Made by a program: the position numbers and the translations under genes. From a virus, in the IMG/VR virus record IMGVR_UViG_3300045988_092366: DNA of 64,000 nucleotides; one strand, written 5' to 3'. Positions 1 through 9,667 of this stretch are shown here, piece by piece (the stretch's first letter is position 1; every line of letters begins with the position of its first letter). The notes below the pieces were generated by a model that saw only the letters and a program-made list of their open reading frames with translations, was not told the DNA's origin and ran no database searches.

Positions 1-1
1 A

Positions 2-628
2 GCGCCACTTCGTATGGAATATCTTCCTAACTATGGTATGAAAGATGTTGAGAATTGTATCAAACGCAATATGCGCAAATACAAATATCCACGAGTAGAT
101 GAACAAGGCAATACAGATTACCTAACTTTTCAATGTGTTGTCTTTGACTATCTAACTTCATCCATTAAGATGATTGAGGAAATCTCACATGGAACTGGAA
201 TGAAAGTACGCGAGGACCAAATTCTATTCCTTATGTCATCTAAACTTAAAGAAATAGCTGTCGAGAACAATGTCTTTCTTTTGTCAAGCACTCAAATTAA
301 TGGTAGTTATCGTCAAGAGAAAATTCTAGACCAGAACATGTTAGCTGGCGCAAAATCAATCGCAAACCGAATCGACTACGGTGAAATCATGGTCGATTGT
401 ACAGATGAAGATATTCAAGATATTGAAGGTGTTTTGGCGCAGCATCCCGGCATGTGTCCACCAAATGTAAAAAGAAGTGTATATAAGAATCGACGAGGGA
501 AATTCAATCGTGTTATTTGTTGGATGCGCGCGAATAAAGGCACTTGTCGATATAAGACTTTATTTGTAACTGACTTTTCTTTTAAACCAATAGACAAAGA
601 TGAAATCTTCCAGAAGAAGAAAGAATAG
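2..628 (+). CDS. DnaB-like replicative DNA helicase, C-terminal portion (5' end outside window)
   Basis: Frame is open to the window edge. Motifs LSSTQINGSYRQ...AGAKSIANRIDYGEIMV resemble the DnaB C-terminal RecA-like region. The gene sits directly upstream of the primase. Confidence 0.45.
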   Translation, partial: APLRMEYLPNYGMKDVENCIKRNMRKYKYPRVDEQGNTDYLTFQCVVFDYLTSSIKMIEEISHGTGMKVREDQILFLMSSKLKEIAVENNVFLLSSTQINGSYRQEKILDQNMLAGAKSIANRIDYGEIMVDCTDEDIQDIEGVLAQHPGMCPPNVKRSVYKNRRGKFNRVICWMRANKGTCRYKTLFVTDFSFKPIDKDEIFQKKKE

Positions 629-631
629 GAG

Positions 632-1711
632 GTGCGGGAATTGGGATACGATAAAGCAAAGGTAAAAGAATCAATTGAGCCAGAAAACGTATATGATATT
701 CTAGAATACTTTGGCGCAGAACCAGAAATGTATTCTGATTATATTATTTCCCGCACGATTTGTCACAATGGCATTGGTGAAGGTTCAAAGAAACTATATT
801 ATTATTTTGAGAATAGCATGTTTAATTGCTATACCGAGTGCGGCGCATTCGATATTTTTGAACTTGTTGAGAAAGTTAAGAATGTAGATTTAAATTCCGC
901 AATCTATTTCGTGGTTAATTTCTTAAATCTTCAAATTGATTTAGATAATGATATTGATTTAAAAGATAGTCAAGAAGACTGGAAAATATTCAATAGATAT
1001 AAAGAGCAAAAAGATGTAACTGTAAATGATAATACCATTGAGCTACCAGAATATGATACATCTATTATTCAGCATTATCCTCAACCTATTATTTCTTCTT
1101 GGTCTAATATCTCAAAAGAGGTGTGCGATTTTGCGCAAATTCATTATGACCCTCTTGGCGGTAATATCCTTATTCCGCACTTCGACCAGAACGATAGGTG
1201 CGTAGGTATTCGACAGAGAACTATTATTAAAGAGCAAGAAAAAAAGGGAAAATACAAACCTTGGCGAGTCCACGGTGAACTTTATAATCATGCTCTTGGC
1301 TTTAACTTGTATGGTCTTAATTGGGCTAAAGAAAGAATTAGAGAAATACAAACTGCGGTTGTAGCCGAATCAGAAAAGTCGGTTCTTGCCTATATGTCAT
1401 ATTATGGTACAGGTAATAATATTTGTGTTGCAACATGCGGCAGTTCCTTGTCTAAGTATCAGTTCAAACTTCTTAAAGATGCAGGATGTAAAGAAATTGT
1501 TATCGCATTTGACCATGACTTTGATGAATATGGTTCAGATGAAAGTCTAAAGGTTGAAGAAAAGATTGCCAAGATTGGTAACAAATACAAACCGTATATG
1601 AACATGTCTGTAGTTTTCGATAGAGAGAATATTCTAGGATATAAGGCAAGTCCATTAGACCAAGGTAAAGATGTATTCATGTATCTATTTAAGAATAGGA
1701 TTATGTTATAA
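632..1711 (+). CDS. DNA primase, DnaG-like (Zn-binding plus TOPRIM)
   Basis: Cys/His cluster CHNG...FNCYTECG near the N-terminus. TOPRIM-like acidic motifs VVAESEKSV...AFDHDFDEYGSDE. SD GGAGGT upstream; start may be TTG at 641. Confidence 0.55.
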   Translation: MRELGYDKAKVKESIEPENVYDILEYFGAEPEMYSDYIISRTICHNGIGEGSKKLYYYFENSMFNCYTECGAFDIFELVEKVKNVDLNSAIYFVVNFLNLQIDLDNDIDLKDSQEDWKIFNRYKEQKDVTVNDNTIELPEYDTSIIQHYPQPIISSWSNISKEVCDFAQIHYDPLGGNILIPHFDQNDRCVGIRQRTIIKEQEKKGKYKPWRVHGELYNHALGFNLYGLNWAKERIREIQTAVVAESEKSVLAYMSYYGTGNNICVATCGSSLSKYQFKLLKDAGCKEIVIAFDHDFDEYGSDESLKVEEKIAKIGNKYKPYMNMSVVFDRENILGYKASPLDQGKDVFMYLFKNRIML

Positions 1712-1938
1712 TGGGTGTTACAATTGGACAAATCGTAATTTTAATACTTGTGCTTATGTCTCCGATTCTTTTATGCCTTGCTATCATTGCAGCTTGTATT
1801 ATTATAGATAAATGGATAGATACTATATTTTATCCTTTTGAGATTCTTCGTGATAAAATTGATAATTATAGGCAGCGAAAAGATTTAGAATCATGGTGGG
1901 AAGAAAACGAAAATAGCCAAGAGGATGATATAGTATGA
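1711..1938 (+). CDS. hypothetical small membrane protein
   Basis: 75-aa ORF with a hydrophobic N-terminal stretch; start overlaps the primase stop. Confidence 0.3.
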   Translation: MGVTIGQIVILILVLMSPILLCLAIIAACIIIDKWIDTIFYPFEILRDKIDNYRQRKDLESWWEENENSQEDDIV

Positions 1939-2165
1939 CAGAAGATGATAAACTAAAGATTCTCAGTTATCGCCGTAAACATAAGCGCTGTCGATATTGT
2001 AAATATTATTTCTATCCATATGTGCCGCATGAGCTAAAATTGACTAGCACTTTTCCTCCTGAATGTGCTGTTAAAGATAAAAAGATTTATCTTTTTATTC
2101 TTGGTTTTAAAACATTAGCAGGATGTATGTGCAAAGAGTTTGGAGTTGATGAAAATAGATTATAA
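1935..2165 (+). CDS. hypothetical small Cys-rich protein
   Basis: 76-aa ORF with CRYCKYY and CMCKEF motifs; overlaps neighbours by 4 nt. Confidence 0.25.
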   Translation: MTEDDKLKILSYRRKHKRCRYCKYYFYPYVPHELKLTSTFPPECAVKDKKIYLFILGFKTLAGCMCKEFGVDENRL

Positions 2166-3264
2166 ATTATATAAACCAACATTAGATAGCTTGACACCTC
2201 AACAACAAATTTTATATAATAGAGATATTCCAGTAGAAGAACAAAGCAATTGGCTTAATGCCTATTGGAATGACGTAAATGATTTTCATCTACTAAAGAA
2301 TATTAAAGACGCGGCTGGAATGATTATCGATCATTGCATGTATACAAGTTCTAAGATTACCATTCTTCAAGACTGTGATTGCGATGGATTGACTTCAAGT
2401 GCGATTATAGCTAATTACATTCATCGTATTTGTAGCAAGGAACCGACCATTTTAATCCACGAAGGAAAAGTTCATGGACTTGCAGACATTGATTTAGACA
2501 ATATTATAGAGACTACAAGTCTTCTTATTATCCCAGACGCGGCAAGCAATGATTATAAACAGCTTAAATATTTACATAATAATGGTGTAGACATTGTAAT
2601 CGCCGACCACCACCATTGTGAGAAATATTCTGAGGATGCTATTGTAGTAAATAATCAATTAGACGATTATCCTAATAAGAGCTTTTGCGGAGCAGGTGTT
2701 ACATGGCAGCTTTGTCGCCAGATGGATGAAATGTGCCATTTTGATTATGCAAATGACTTGGTTGACTTATGCGCTCTTGGTCTTTGTGGTGATATGATGG
2801 ATTACCATGAGAAAGAAGTGAGAGCGCTCGTTAATATCGGTTACGCCAATGTTAAAAATAAATTCTTTAAAGCATTTGTAGATAAACAAGAATTCTCTTT
2901 AAATAAGATGAATGGACTTAATTATCTCAGCTCTAGCTTTTACGTAGTTCCTTATATTAATGCATGTTGTCGAACTGGTGAAATGGTAGAGAAACGTCTT
3001 CTTCTTAGTGCTCTCTTGGATTATAAGTGTGATACAATGATTCCATCATCCAAGAGAGGTGAAAAAGGTAAAGAAGTTCCTATCTGGCAAGAAGCCATTA
3101 CCGTCATTGAACGAGTGAAACGTAGACAGACTAAGCTACAAGATGAAGCTATGGAGTTCTTTGAATACCAAATTCAAACCAAAAAGCTAACAAATAATGC
3201 TATCATTGCTTGCGTATGCGGCAAAGACGATGCTGAACCAGGAATCCTTGGGTCGAATAAATAA
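2140..3264 (+). CDS. DHH-family phosphoesterase (RecJ-like), exon 1; the 3' tail is probably intron read-through
   Basis: DCDCDGLTS and IPDAASNDY...VIADHHH motifs of the DHH domain. No DHHA1 motif before the stop; it is found in the downstream ORF. Confidence 0.55.
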   Translation: MELMKIDYKLYKPTLDSLTPQQQILYNRDIPVEEQSNWLNAYWNDVNDFHLLKNIKDAAGMIIDHCMYTSSKITILQDCDCDGLTSSAIIANYIHRICSKEPTILIHEGKVHGLADIDLDNIIETTSLLIIPDAASNDYKQLKYLHNNGVDIVIADHHHCEKYSEDAIVVNNQLDDYPNKSFCGAGVTWQLCRQMDEMCHFDYANDLVDLCALGLCGDMMDYHEKEVRALVNIGYANVKNKFFKAFVDKQEFSLNKMNGLNYLSSSFYVVPYINACCRTGEMVEKRLLLSALLDYKCDTMIPSSKRGEKGKEVPIWQEAITVIERVKRRQTKLQDEAMEFFEYQIQTKKLTNNAIIACVCGKDDAEPGILGSNK

Positions 3265-4404
3265 TGCTATTGGCCCAATAAAATACTTTTCTTATAATTA
3301 ATAAGGTGATTATCTAACAAAAAACGATAATCGCTAACGGGGAAAATTTATATATATATTATTGGTTGCTACCAGTCCATATAAATAAACAATCCCGTGG
3401 GAAAGGTTATATTGTGTTAAAAAAATATATTTATAAAATTACAAATACTATTAATGGAAAAATATATATAGGTCAAACTAATGACCTCAATCGTAGAATC
3501 AGAGAACATAAAAATTGTGGTTATGGCACTGTAAAAAATAAGCCATTATATGATGCTATTAAAAAATATGGAATAGATGCGTTTACCTTTGAAGAAATTG
3601 AGTATACAGAAAACTACAATGAACGAGAGCAATATTGGATTGATTATTATGATACGACTAATTCTAATAATGGATATAATATATCTATAGTTGATATTCC
3701 AAATAACCACAAAAATGAATTATCAAACGATGAATTATATCGTCTATATGATGATTTAAAAAATCTTGATAACTCTTACAAAATGTTGGCAGAAAAATAT
3801 GGTTTTTCTAGCGAACAATCTATTAGGAATATTAATAAAGGTATTATTTATCATCAACCAAGCGTTAAATATCCAATTCGTTTAGATAGAAACACTCTTG
3901 CTCGAATGAAGGCAGAAAGAATTATTGATTTATTAAAAAATACAAAAATGAGTTTTGAAGAAATAGCTGACAAAGAAAAGACTACATCTGGATACGTTCT
4001 GCAAATCAACTCTGGGTCAAGATGTAAACTCCAAGGAGTAGACTACCCAGTTAGATTAACTTTGTCTCATTTTAGGAAACCGTATCATTCATTATCAAAA
4101 GAAGAAGTTAAAAATATTAAAGATGATATTAAATATACTAATATGACTTGGGAACAGCTATCTAAAAAATACAAGGTAAATAGTAAAGTGTTTCAACATA
4201 TAAATCGTGGAATTACGCATCATGATTCTAATGAAGAATATCCATTAAGACATATAAAACAATATGACCAACCTGTAGAGACTATGGAAGGTCAATCTTC
4301 CAGTACATTTAATATATAAATGGAAACAGGTATTGCTATTAATTTAAAATTAATAGTTAAGAGATAGTCCAAATAAAATGTAATAGCAAATAAAATCCAA
4401 GCCA
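3245..4404 (+). mobile_element. Group-I-intron-like insertion carrying a GIY-YIG homing endonuclease gene, interrupting the DHH/RecJ-like gene (boundaries approximate)
   Basis: The DHH domain and the DHHA1 domain (GSAR...AAGHGSA) lie in separate ORFs. Between them are about 120 nt and 85 nt of noncoding flanks plus a free-standing HEG ORF with its own SD. The downstream frame is open from 4377. Confidence 0.5.
3366..4319 (+). CDS. GIY-YIG homing endonuclease (intron-encoded)
   Basis: KIYIGQTNDLNRRIREHK GIY-YIG core. Repeated NUMOD-like DNA-binding helices. Likely real start is GTG at 3414, with SD GGGAAAGG. Confidence 0.75.
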   Translation: MLPVHINKQSRGKGYIVLKKYIYKITNTINGKIYIGQTNDLNRRIREHKNCGYGTVKNKPLYDAIKKYGIDAFTFEEIEYTENYNEREQYWIDYYDTTNSNNGYNISIVDIPNNHKNELSNDELYRLYDDLKNLDNSYKMLAEKYGFSSEQSIRNINKGIIYHQPSVKYPIRLDRNTLARMKAERIIDLLKNTKMSFEEIADKEKTTSGYVLQINSGSRCKLQGVDYPVRLTLSHFRKPYHSLSKEEVKNIKDDIKYTNMTWEQLSKKYKVNSKVFQHINRGITHHDSNEEYPLRHIKQYDQPVETMEGQSSSTFNI

Positions 4405-5027
4405 AATACCAGCATCCTACATTAGTCTTGCAGGAAGTCGAAGAGGAAGACGAAGTGCATCTAAAAGGGTCTGCTCGTAATTACTCTTATTGTCCTGTTG
4501 AAGATATGCGTAGTCTTTGTGAAGACACTGGTGTTGTCGATTATGCTGCCGGGCACGGGTCTGCGTTTGGCTTGTCGTTGCCTTTATCAAACTTTTATGA
4601 ATTCTTAGACAAGACTAATGAACAATATAAAGGTGTCGATTTTAAGCCTGTCTATCTCGTTGATTATGTTTGGAATTATGATAGAGTCAATCCCAAATAT
4701 ATTCTAGATATTGCAGAACTGAATATTTATGGTCAAGATATTCCAGAGTCTAAAGTTGTGGTAGAAGATATTGCATTAGATAATGTTAATGTCCAGCTTC
4801 TAGGTGAAGCAAAAGGACATCCTACTATTAAGATTTCTCTACCTTCTGGTGTAGATATTATGAAATTCAAATCTTCTAGAGAAGAATTTGAAGAATGGAC
4901 AAGCGGTGAAAAGAAACTAACCATTGTAGGTAAATGTTCAAAAAATTCTTGGATGGGAAACATTACACCGCAAATTCTAATTGATGATTTTGAATTAGAA
5001 GATTATGAAGAGGAATGGGTATTTTAA
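4377..5027 (+). CDS. DHH-family phosphoesterase exon 2 (DHHA1 domain); exon start approximate
   Basis: HLKGSARNY...VVDYAAGHGSAFGLSL matches the RecJ DHHA1 GGGH/AAG region. The frame is open upstream of the annotated TTG start to 4377, with no SD, consistent with a spliced exon. Confidence 0.5.
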   Translation, partial: NVIANKIQAKYQHPTLVLQEVEEEDEVHLKGSARNYSYCPVEDMRSLCEDTGVVDYAAGHGSAFGLSLPLSNFYEFLDKTNEQYKGVDFKPVYLVDYVWNYDRVNPKYILDIAELNIYGQDIPESKVVVEDIALDNVNVQLLGEAKGHPTIKISLPSGVDIMKFKSSREEFEEWTSGEKKLTIVGKCSKNSWMGNITPQILIDDFELEDYEEEWVF

Positions 5028-5279
5028 ATGAAACTTCAAATTGAAGAAGCAGAGCTTAGGAATCTTGCGCATAAGGCATCACGTTATGATATTATCATGG
5101 ATGCTCTTATTCGTGAGAAGTTTGATAAGATTGATATTTATAGTGATTGGGAAATGACTGAAAACTATATGCAAGACATTATCAATCAGCAGCCAAGTGA
5201 TATTAAGTCTGTAAACGAAGATAAGATTAAAGCAGACCGAGAGTGGATGGATAAGCATCCTGATTTTGGCACAATGTAA
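5028..5279 (+). CDS. hypothetical protein
   Basis: 83-aa ORF; ATG overlaps the upstream stop (TAAATG). Confidence 0.3.
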   Translation: MKLQIEEAELRNLAHKASRYDIIMDALIREKFDKIDIYSDWEMTENYMQDIINQQPSDIKSVNEDKIKADREWMDKHPDFGTM

Positions 5280-5287
5280 TTAAATAA

Positions 5288-5326
5288 AAAGCCCTCTAGT
5301 TTTACTTGACTAGAGGGCTTTTTTAT
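5288..5326 (+). terminator. rho-independent terminator
   Basis: Perfect inverted repeat AGCCCTCTAGT...ACTAGAGGGCT followed by TTTTTT. Confidence 0.7.
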
Positions 5327-5334
5327 GTTATAAT
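5306..5334 (+). promoter_or_regulatory. sigma-70 consensus promoter TTGACT-17-TATAAT
   Basis: Exact consensus hexamers with 17-nt spacing, overlapping the terminator's 3' arm; drives the 5375 gene. Confidence 0.6.
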
Positions 5335-5374
5335 GTATTTATACAAAGTCCAATAGAAAGGAGTAGCATAGATT

Positions 5375-5773
5375 ATGCGAATGGCCCCATGCCCTGTGTG
5401 CGGAAAGACGGCACCTAACGGTTTTAAAAAAGGAAATAAGTGGTATTCTAAGTGTTACAATAAGGAGTGCGGCTATACTACTGAGGTTGGTATGCCAACA
5501 CGTAAAATGAGTCGTTTTAATTGGAATCTGAATTATGAGCGTTTGACTGGCGAGACTCTTCCTGATGAAATGACCGGTCGCCAAAAGGGTGCTTATATGA
5601 AGAAAGAAATTCGTTGTGGTGTGCCTGAACTAGTCCAATGTTTCACTCAAGAAGATTTTGAGAACTGGGGAAAAAAGTACGATATTTCTAAGGTTGATTG
5701 GGTAAAGGAATGCGGCAAACATTGCAAACGAGGTAAGCGAGTCGTTTTTACAGGCCAGAAGAAGGACAAATAA
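5375..5773 (+). CDS. hypothetical zinc-ribbon protein
   Basis: CPVCG...CYNKEC and C-terminal CGKHCKRG Cys pairs; SD AAAGGAG upstream. Confidence 0.35.
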   Translation: MRMAPCPVCGKTAPNGFKKGNKWYSKCYNKECGYTTEVGMPTRKMSRFNWNLNYERLTGETLPDEMTGRQKGAYMKKEIRCGVPELVQCFTQEDFENWGKKYDISKVDWVKECGKHCKRGKRVVFTGQKKDK

Positions 5774-5937
5774 TGAGCGCAGAAATTTGCGGAGACAATC
5801 GTTTTTTGGTGATTGAGCGAGCAAAAAACGATTTATTTGAAAGCACCAATATTGGAATGGCTCCAAAAGAAGTTGAAGTTATTGACAGTATTCTTTTTCG
5901 CTGCTGGCAAATGGGCTGGTTAAAGAAATATGAATAG
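5773..5937 (+). CDS. hypothetical small ORF (54 aa)
   Basis: ATG overlaps the upstream stop (TAATG). Not in the supplied track (<60 aa). Ends inside the dnaE start region. Confidence 0.2.
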   Translation: MSAEICGDNRFLVIERAKNDLFESTNIGMAPKEVEVIDSILFRCWQMGWLKKYE

Positions 5938-8464
5938 AGAGACGGTGATGCCAGTGACAAATCAGTATCCCGGCAGTCTTCATAACCATACAGATTTTTC
6001 AAATCTTAGGCTTAAAGATTCAATTAATACTGTAGACCGTTTAATGGATTATGCTTTGGAGCTTGGTCAAGATGTATTAGCCTTTACTGAGCATGAGTCA
6101 GTAGCCAACGCAGTTAAAATTCAAGAAGCATATGAAAAGCGTAAACAAGATAATCCAAATTTCAAAGTAATTCTTGGTAATGAGATATACCTTGTCCGTA
6201 ATGGTCTTAATAAGGATAATTTTAATCCAGAAGAAGATAGGTATTTCCACTTCATTCTTTTGGCTAAAAATGCAGAAGGACATAAACAAATTCGTGAGAT
6301 TTCAACGCGAGCTTGGATGCGCTCTTATATGGCTCGTGGTATGCGGCGAGTGCCAACTTATTATCAAGATTTAATTGATATTATTGGCAAGGATAAAGGT
6401 AATGTTATTGCTTCAACCGCATGTTTAGGAGGGCAACTTCCTACATTTATTCTTAAATATAAGCAAACATCCGATGAAATCTATATCAAGCAAGCTATCA
6501 AGTGGCTAAAAGGAATGGTTAAACTTTTTGGCAAAGACAATTTCTTCCTTGAAATGCAACCTTCGCGCAACGAAGAACAAATTTTTGTCAATCAATGGAT
6601 TAAGAAATTATCTGATAAGCTAAACATTCCATATATTATCACTTGCGATGCTCACTATTTAAAGAAAGATGAAGCCTTTATCCATGAGACATATCTAAAA
6701 TCTCAAAACGGTGAGCGTGAGGTATCTGAGTTTTATGCAACAACTTATCTCATGGGTACGGAAGAACTTGAAGAGTTTTTCCCCTACTTCGAGAAAAAAG
6801 ATATTTGCGCCGCATATGAAAATATTGAATATATTAAAAATCAATGCGAAGATTATAATCTCAAAAAGCCTTTAAAGATTCCTCAACTACCTTGGAAAGA
6901 TAGTTATATTACAGATGAACAAGTAAAATCTTTTCAAGATAAAATTCCTAACCTAAAATATCTTACTGAATCTGATTTTGAAGGTGACAAACTTCTTGGC
7001 AGACTAATTCTTCAAGGTATCCAAGAGAAAGAAGATTTACAGAATCAAGATGCTTATGATGAAATCAACGTTGAACTAGAGTCTGTCTATCAAAGTTCTC
7101 TTGTAAATAAAACGCACTGGTCTTCATATTTTCTTAATTTACAGAAAATTATTGATACCATTTGGGAAGCTGGTTCCATTGTTGGCTGCTCGCGAGGAAG
7201 TGGCGGTGGCTTCCTTATCTTGTATGTTCTGGGCATTATCCAAATTAACTGTTTAAGGGAAACTACAAAGACCTTTCATTGGAGGTTCCTTAATCCCGCA
7301 CGTGTCTCTGTCTTGGATGTAGACATTGACGTATCTGGTCTGCGCCGCAAGCAAATTCTAGATAAATTTAGAGAGGTCTATGGTGAAGATAGAGTTTGCA
7401 ATGTTCTTACTCTTGGTACAGAAAGCACAAAATCAGCTATTCTAAGTGCGGCGAGGGGTCTTGGAATTGATAATGATGTGGCACAATATATTGCTTCTCT
7501 AGTTCCTTCTGACCGTGGTTTAATTCGTTCTTTGCATCAGTGTTACTATGGTGATAGTAAAGAAGGAATGAAACCAGTTATTCCTTTTGTCAATGAAATG
7601 AAACAGCGTCCAAAATTATGGGAAGTTGCTTGTCGAATTGAAGGTCTAATCTGTCGTTCTGGAATACACGCGGGAGGACTCGTCTTTGTTGATGAACCAT
7701 TTACGGAGACGGCTGCTCTTATGCGTGCTCCTGATGGGACTATTATTAGTCAATTTGACCTCCATGACCTTGAAAAATTATCACTCATTAAATACGACCT
7801 ACTTTCGGTCGAAGCAATGGACAAGATTCAGGTCTGTCTTGAGCTATTAGTAAAATATGGTTATCTCAAGTGGGCTGGGACTCTAAGAAAAACTTATGAA
7901 GATGCTATTGGTATTTACAATCTAGAACGAACAGATTCTAAGATGTGGAAAATGGTATGGGAACATAAGATTCAATCTTTATTTCAAATGGAAAAGTCAA
8001 GCGGAATTCAAGGTATCGCTTTGACACATCCTAAATCTGTTGATGATTTAGCTACTCTTAATAGTGTAATTCGACTTATGGCGCAAGAGAAAGGCGCTGA
8101 AACACCTCTTGAAAAATATGCAAGGTTTAAGAAAGATATTTCTTTATGGTATCAAGAAATGGACTCTTATGGTCTAACAAAAGAAGAGCAAAAGATTCTT
8201 GAGCCTGTCCTTAAAATCTCTTATGGCATCTGTGAAAGCCAAGAACGTTTCATGATGCTTGTCCAGATTCCAGAATGTGGTGGCTTTGACCTAAACTTCG
8301 CTGACCGTCTCCGCAAAAGTGTAGCCAAGAAACGTCCAGAAGAATACAAAAAATGTGAAAAAGAATATTTTGAACGAGTCCAAGAGTTGGGCTTGAGTAA
8401 AAACCTTTGTAATTATGTATGGAATGTATGCGTAGCTACAAGCAGAGGATACGGGTTTGAGAAA
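5930..8464 (+). CDS. dnaE: DNA polymerase III alpha subunit (DnaE-type), exon 1
   Basis: N-terminal PHP motif SLHNHTDFS...FTEHES. Exon 1 ends at the conserved GYGFEK (canonical GYGFNK-SH). The ORF then runs into non-homologous sequence and stops at 8521. Confidence 0.7.
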
Positions 8465-9667
8465 ATTGGACCCTACACGCTAAAATATTTATCAATATGG
8501 TTTTACACTTTATGTTTCTAACCTTTAGCCAAGGAAGAACGTGTAAAGCTAACGAGGGTAAAATCTCGTGGCAAAATTCAAAAAGGTTATTTACTATATA
8601 ATATATATGAAGGAGGTGATAATATGCTTTATATTTATAAATTTACAAATAAGGTTAATGGAAAAATATATATAGGACAAACCAATGATATAGAACAAAG
8701 AAAGCGTGGGCATAAATCTACAGCTTTCAATGAAAAATCGCATAATTATCATTGTGCTTTCCATAATGCAATTCGTAAATATGGATGGAATAACTTTGAT
8801 TTTGAAATTTTAGAAGAAATAGATGATAGTTTTGGAAGAGAATATTTAAACGAAAGAGAAATTTTCTTTATTTCATACTATCAATCTCTAACCTCTCAAA
8901 ACGGTTATAATATTACAAAAGGCGGCGATGGCTGTGCGAAAGAGCAAAAAACTTTTGAAGAATGTGTAGCTTGCAGTAAAATATTTACTTTAAACGAAGT
9001 AATTGATATACAGACAATGCTCGTTGAAGGTTATGCCTATTTTGAAATTTATAAAAAGTATCCTAAATTAACAGATAGTTTTTTATCTAATATTTCGTCT
9101 GGTTTAAATTTTTATAATGAAAAACTAGAGTACCCATTAGGCAAAAATAAGACAAGGTTTTCAAAAGACACTCAAGATGAAATTATATCTAGTATTAAAA
9201 GTGGAATCCCATATAGCGAAATTAAAGAAAAATTTGGGATAAGTACTGGATATATAAGTTCTATCAATTCTGGCAAAAGGTGGCATCGGGATAATGAAAT
9301 GTATCCGTTATGCTTTAAGGCATGTGCCAATAATGATTTTGGACAAAAAGCAATACATAATATTATTTTTACAACTTTGTCGATGGAAAAACTTGGAAAG
9401 GTTTATCATAAATCTAAAGCAACTTTTACTGCAATTAATGTTGGTAGAAATCGTAACAACTCAGCTTTTAAATATCCATTGCGTACAAATGCTGTAGAAA
9501 ATCAAAAAATATGGAATGACCTTTTTGAATAATGCTGTATCGACTATCTTGGGTTAGACCGAGAGTACATTTACTATTGATACGTAAGTGGAAACAGCGT
9601 GCGTTTTCTGGGTGGCACCCAGATTAAAAACGTAAGAAATAGTCAGTTATTAGTATAACGTAATCTT
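8465..9667 (+). mobile_element. Group-I-intron-like insertion in dnaE carrying a GIY-YIG HEG (boundaries ±10 nt)
   Basis: The polymerase motif GYGFNKSHAAAYA is split as GYGFEK | SHTLGYSLVALQEMNLAYKYP. The downstream frame is open from 9659 with no start codon. Structured GC-rich flanks, for example CTGGGTGGCACCCAG. Confidence 0.6.
8624..9532 (+). CDS. GIY-YIG homing endonuclease (intron-encoded)
   Basis: YIYKFTNKVNGKIYIGQTNDIEQRKRGHK; strong SD AAGGAGGTGA; paralogous to the 3366 HEG. Confidence 0.75.
   Translation: MLYIYKFTNKVNGKIYIGQTNDIEQRKRGHKSTAFNEKSHNYHCAFHNAIRKYGWNNFDFEILEEIDDSFGREYLNEREIFFISYYQSLTSQNGYNITKGGDGCAKEQKTFEECVACSKIFTLNEVIDIQTMLVEGYAYFEIYKKYPKLTDSFLSNISSGLNFYNEKLEYPLGKNKTRFSKDTQDEIISSIKSGIPYSEIKEKFGISTGYISSINSGKRWHRDNEMYPLCFKACANNDFGQKAIHNIIFTTLSMEKLGKVYHKSKATFTAINVGRNRNNSAFKYPLRTNAVENQKIWNDLFE

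Noticed and set aside
3296-3360. AT-rich stretch (atatatatattatt) and hairpin TATTGGCCCAATA upstream of the first HEG as a promoter or terminator
   Set aside because: It lies inside the putative intron. Such elements are more likely intron secondary structure (P1/P2-type pairings), and no clean -35/-10 pair is present.
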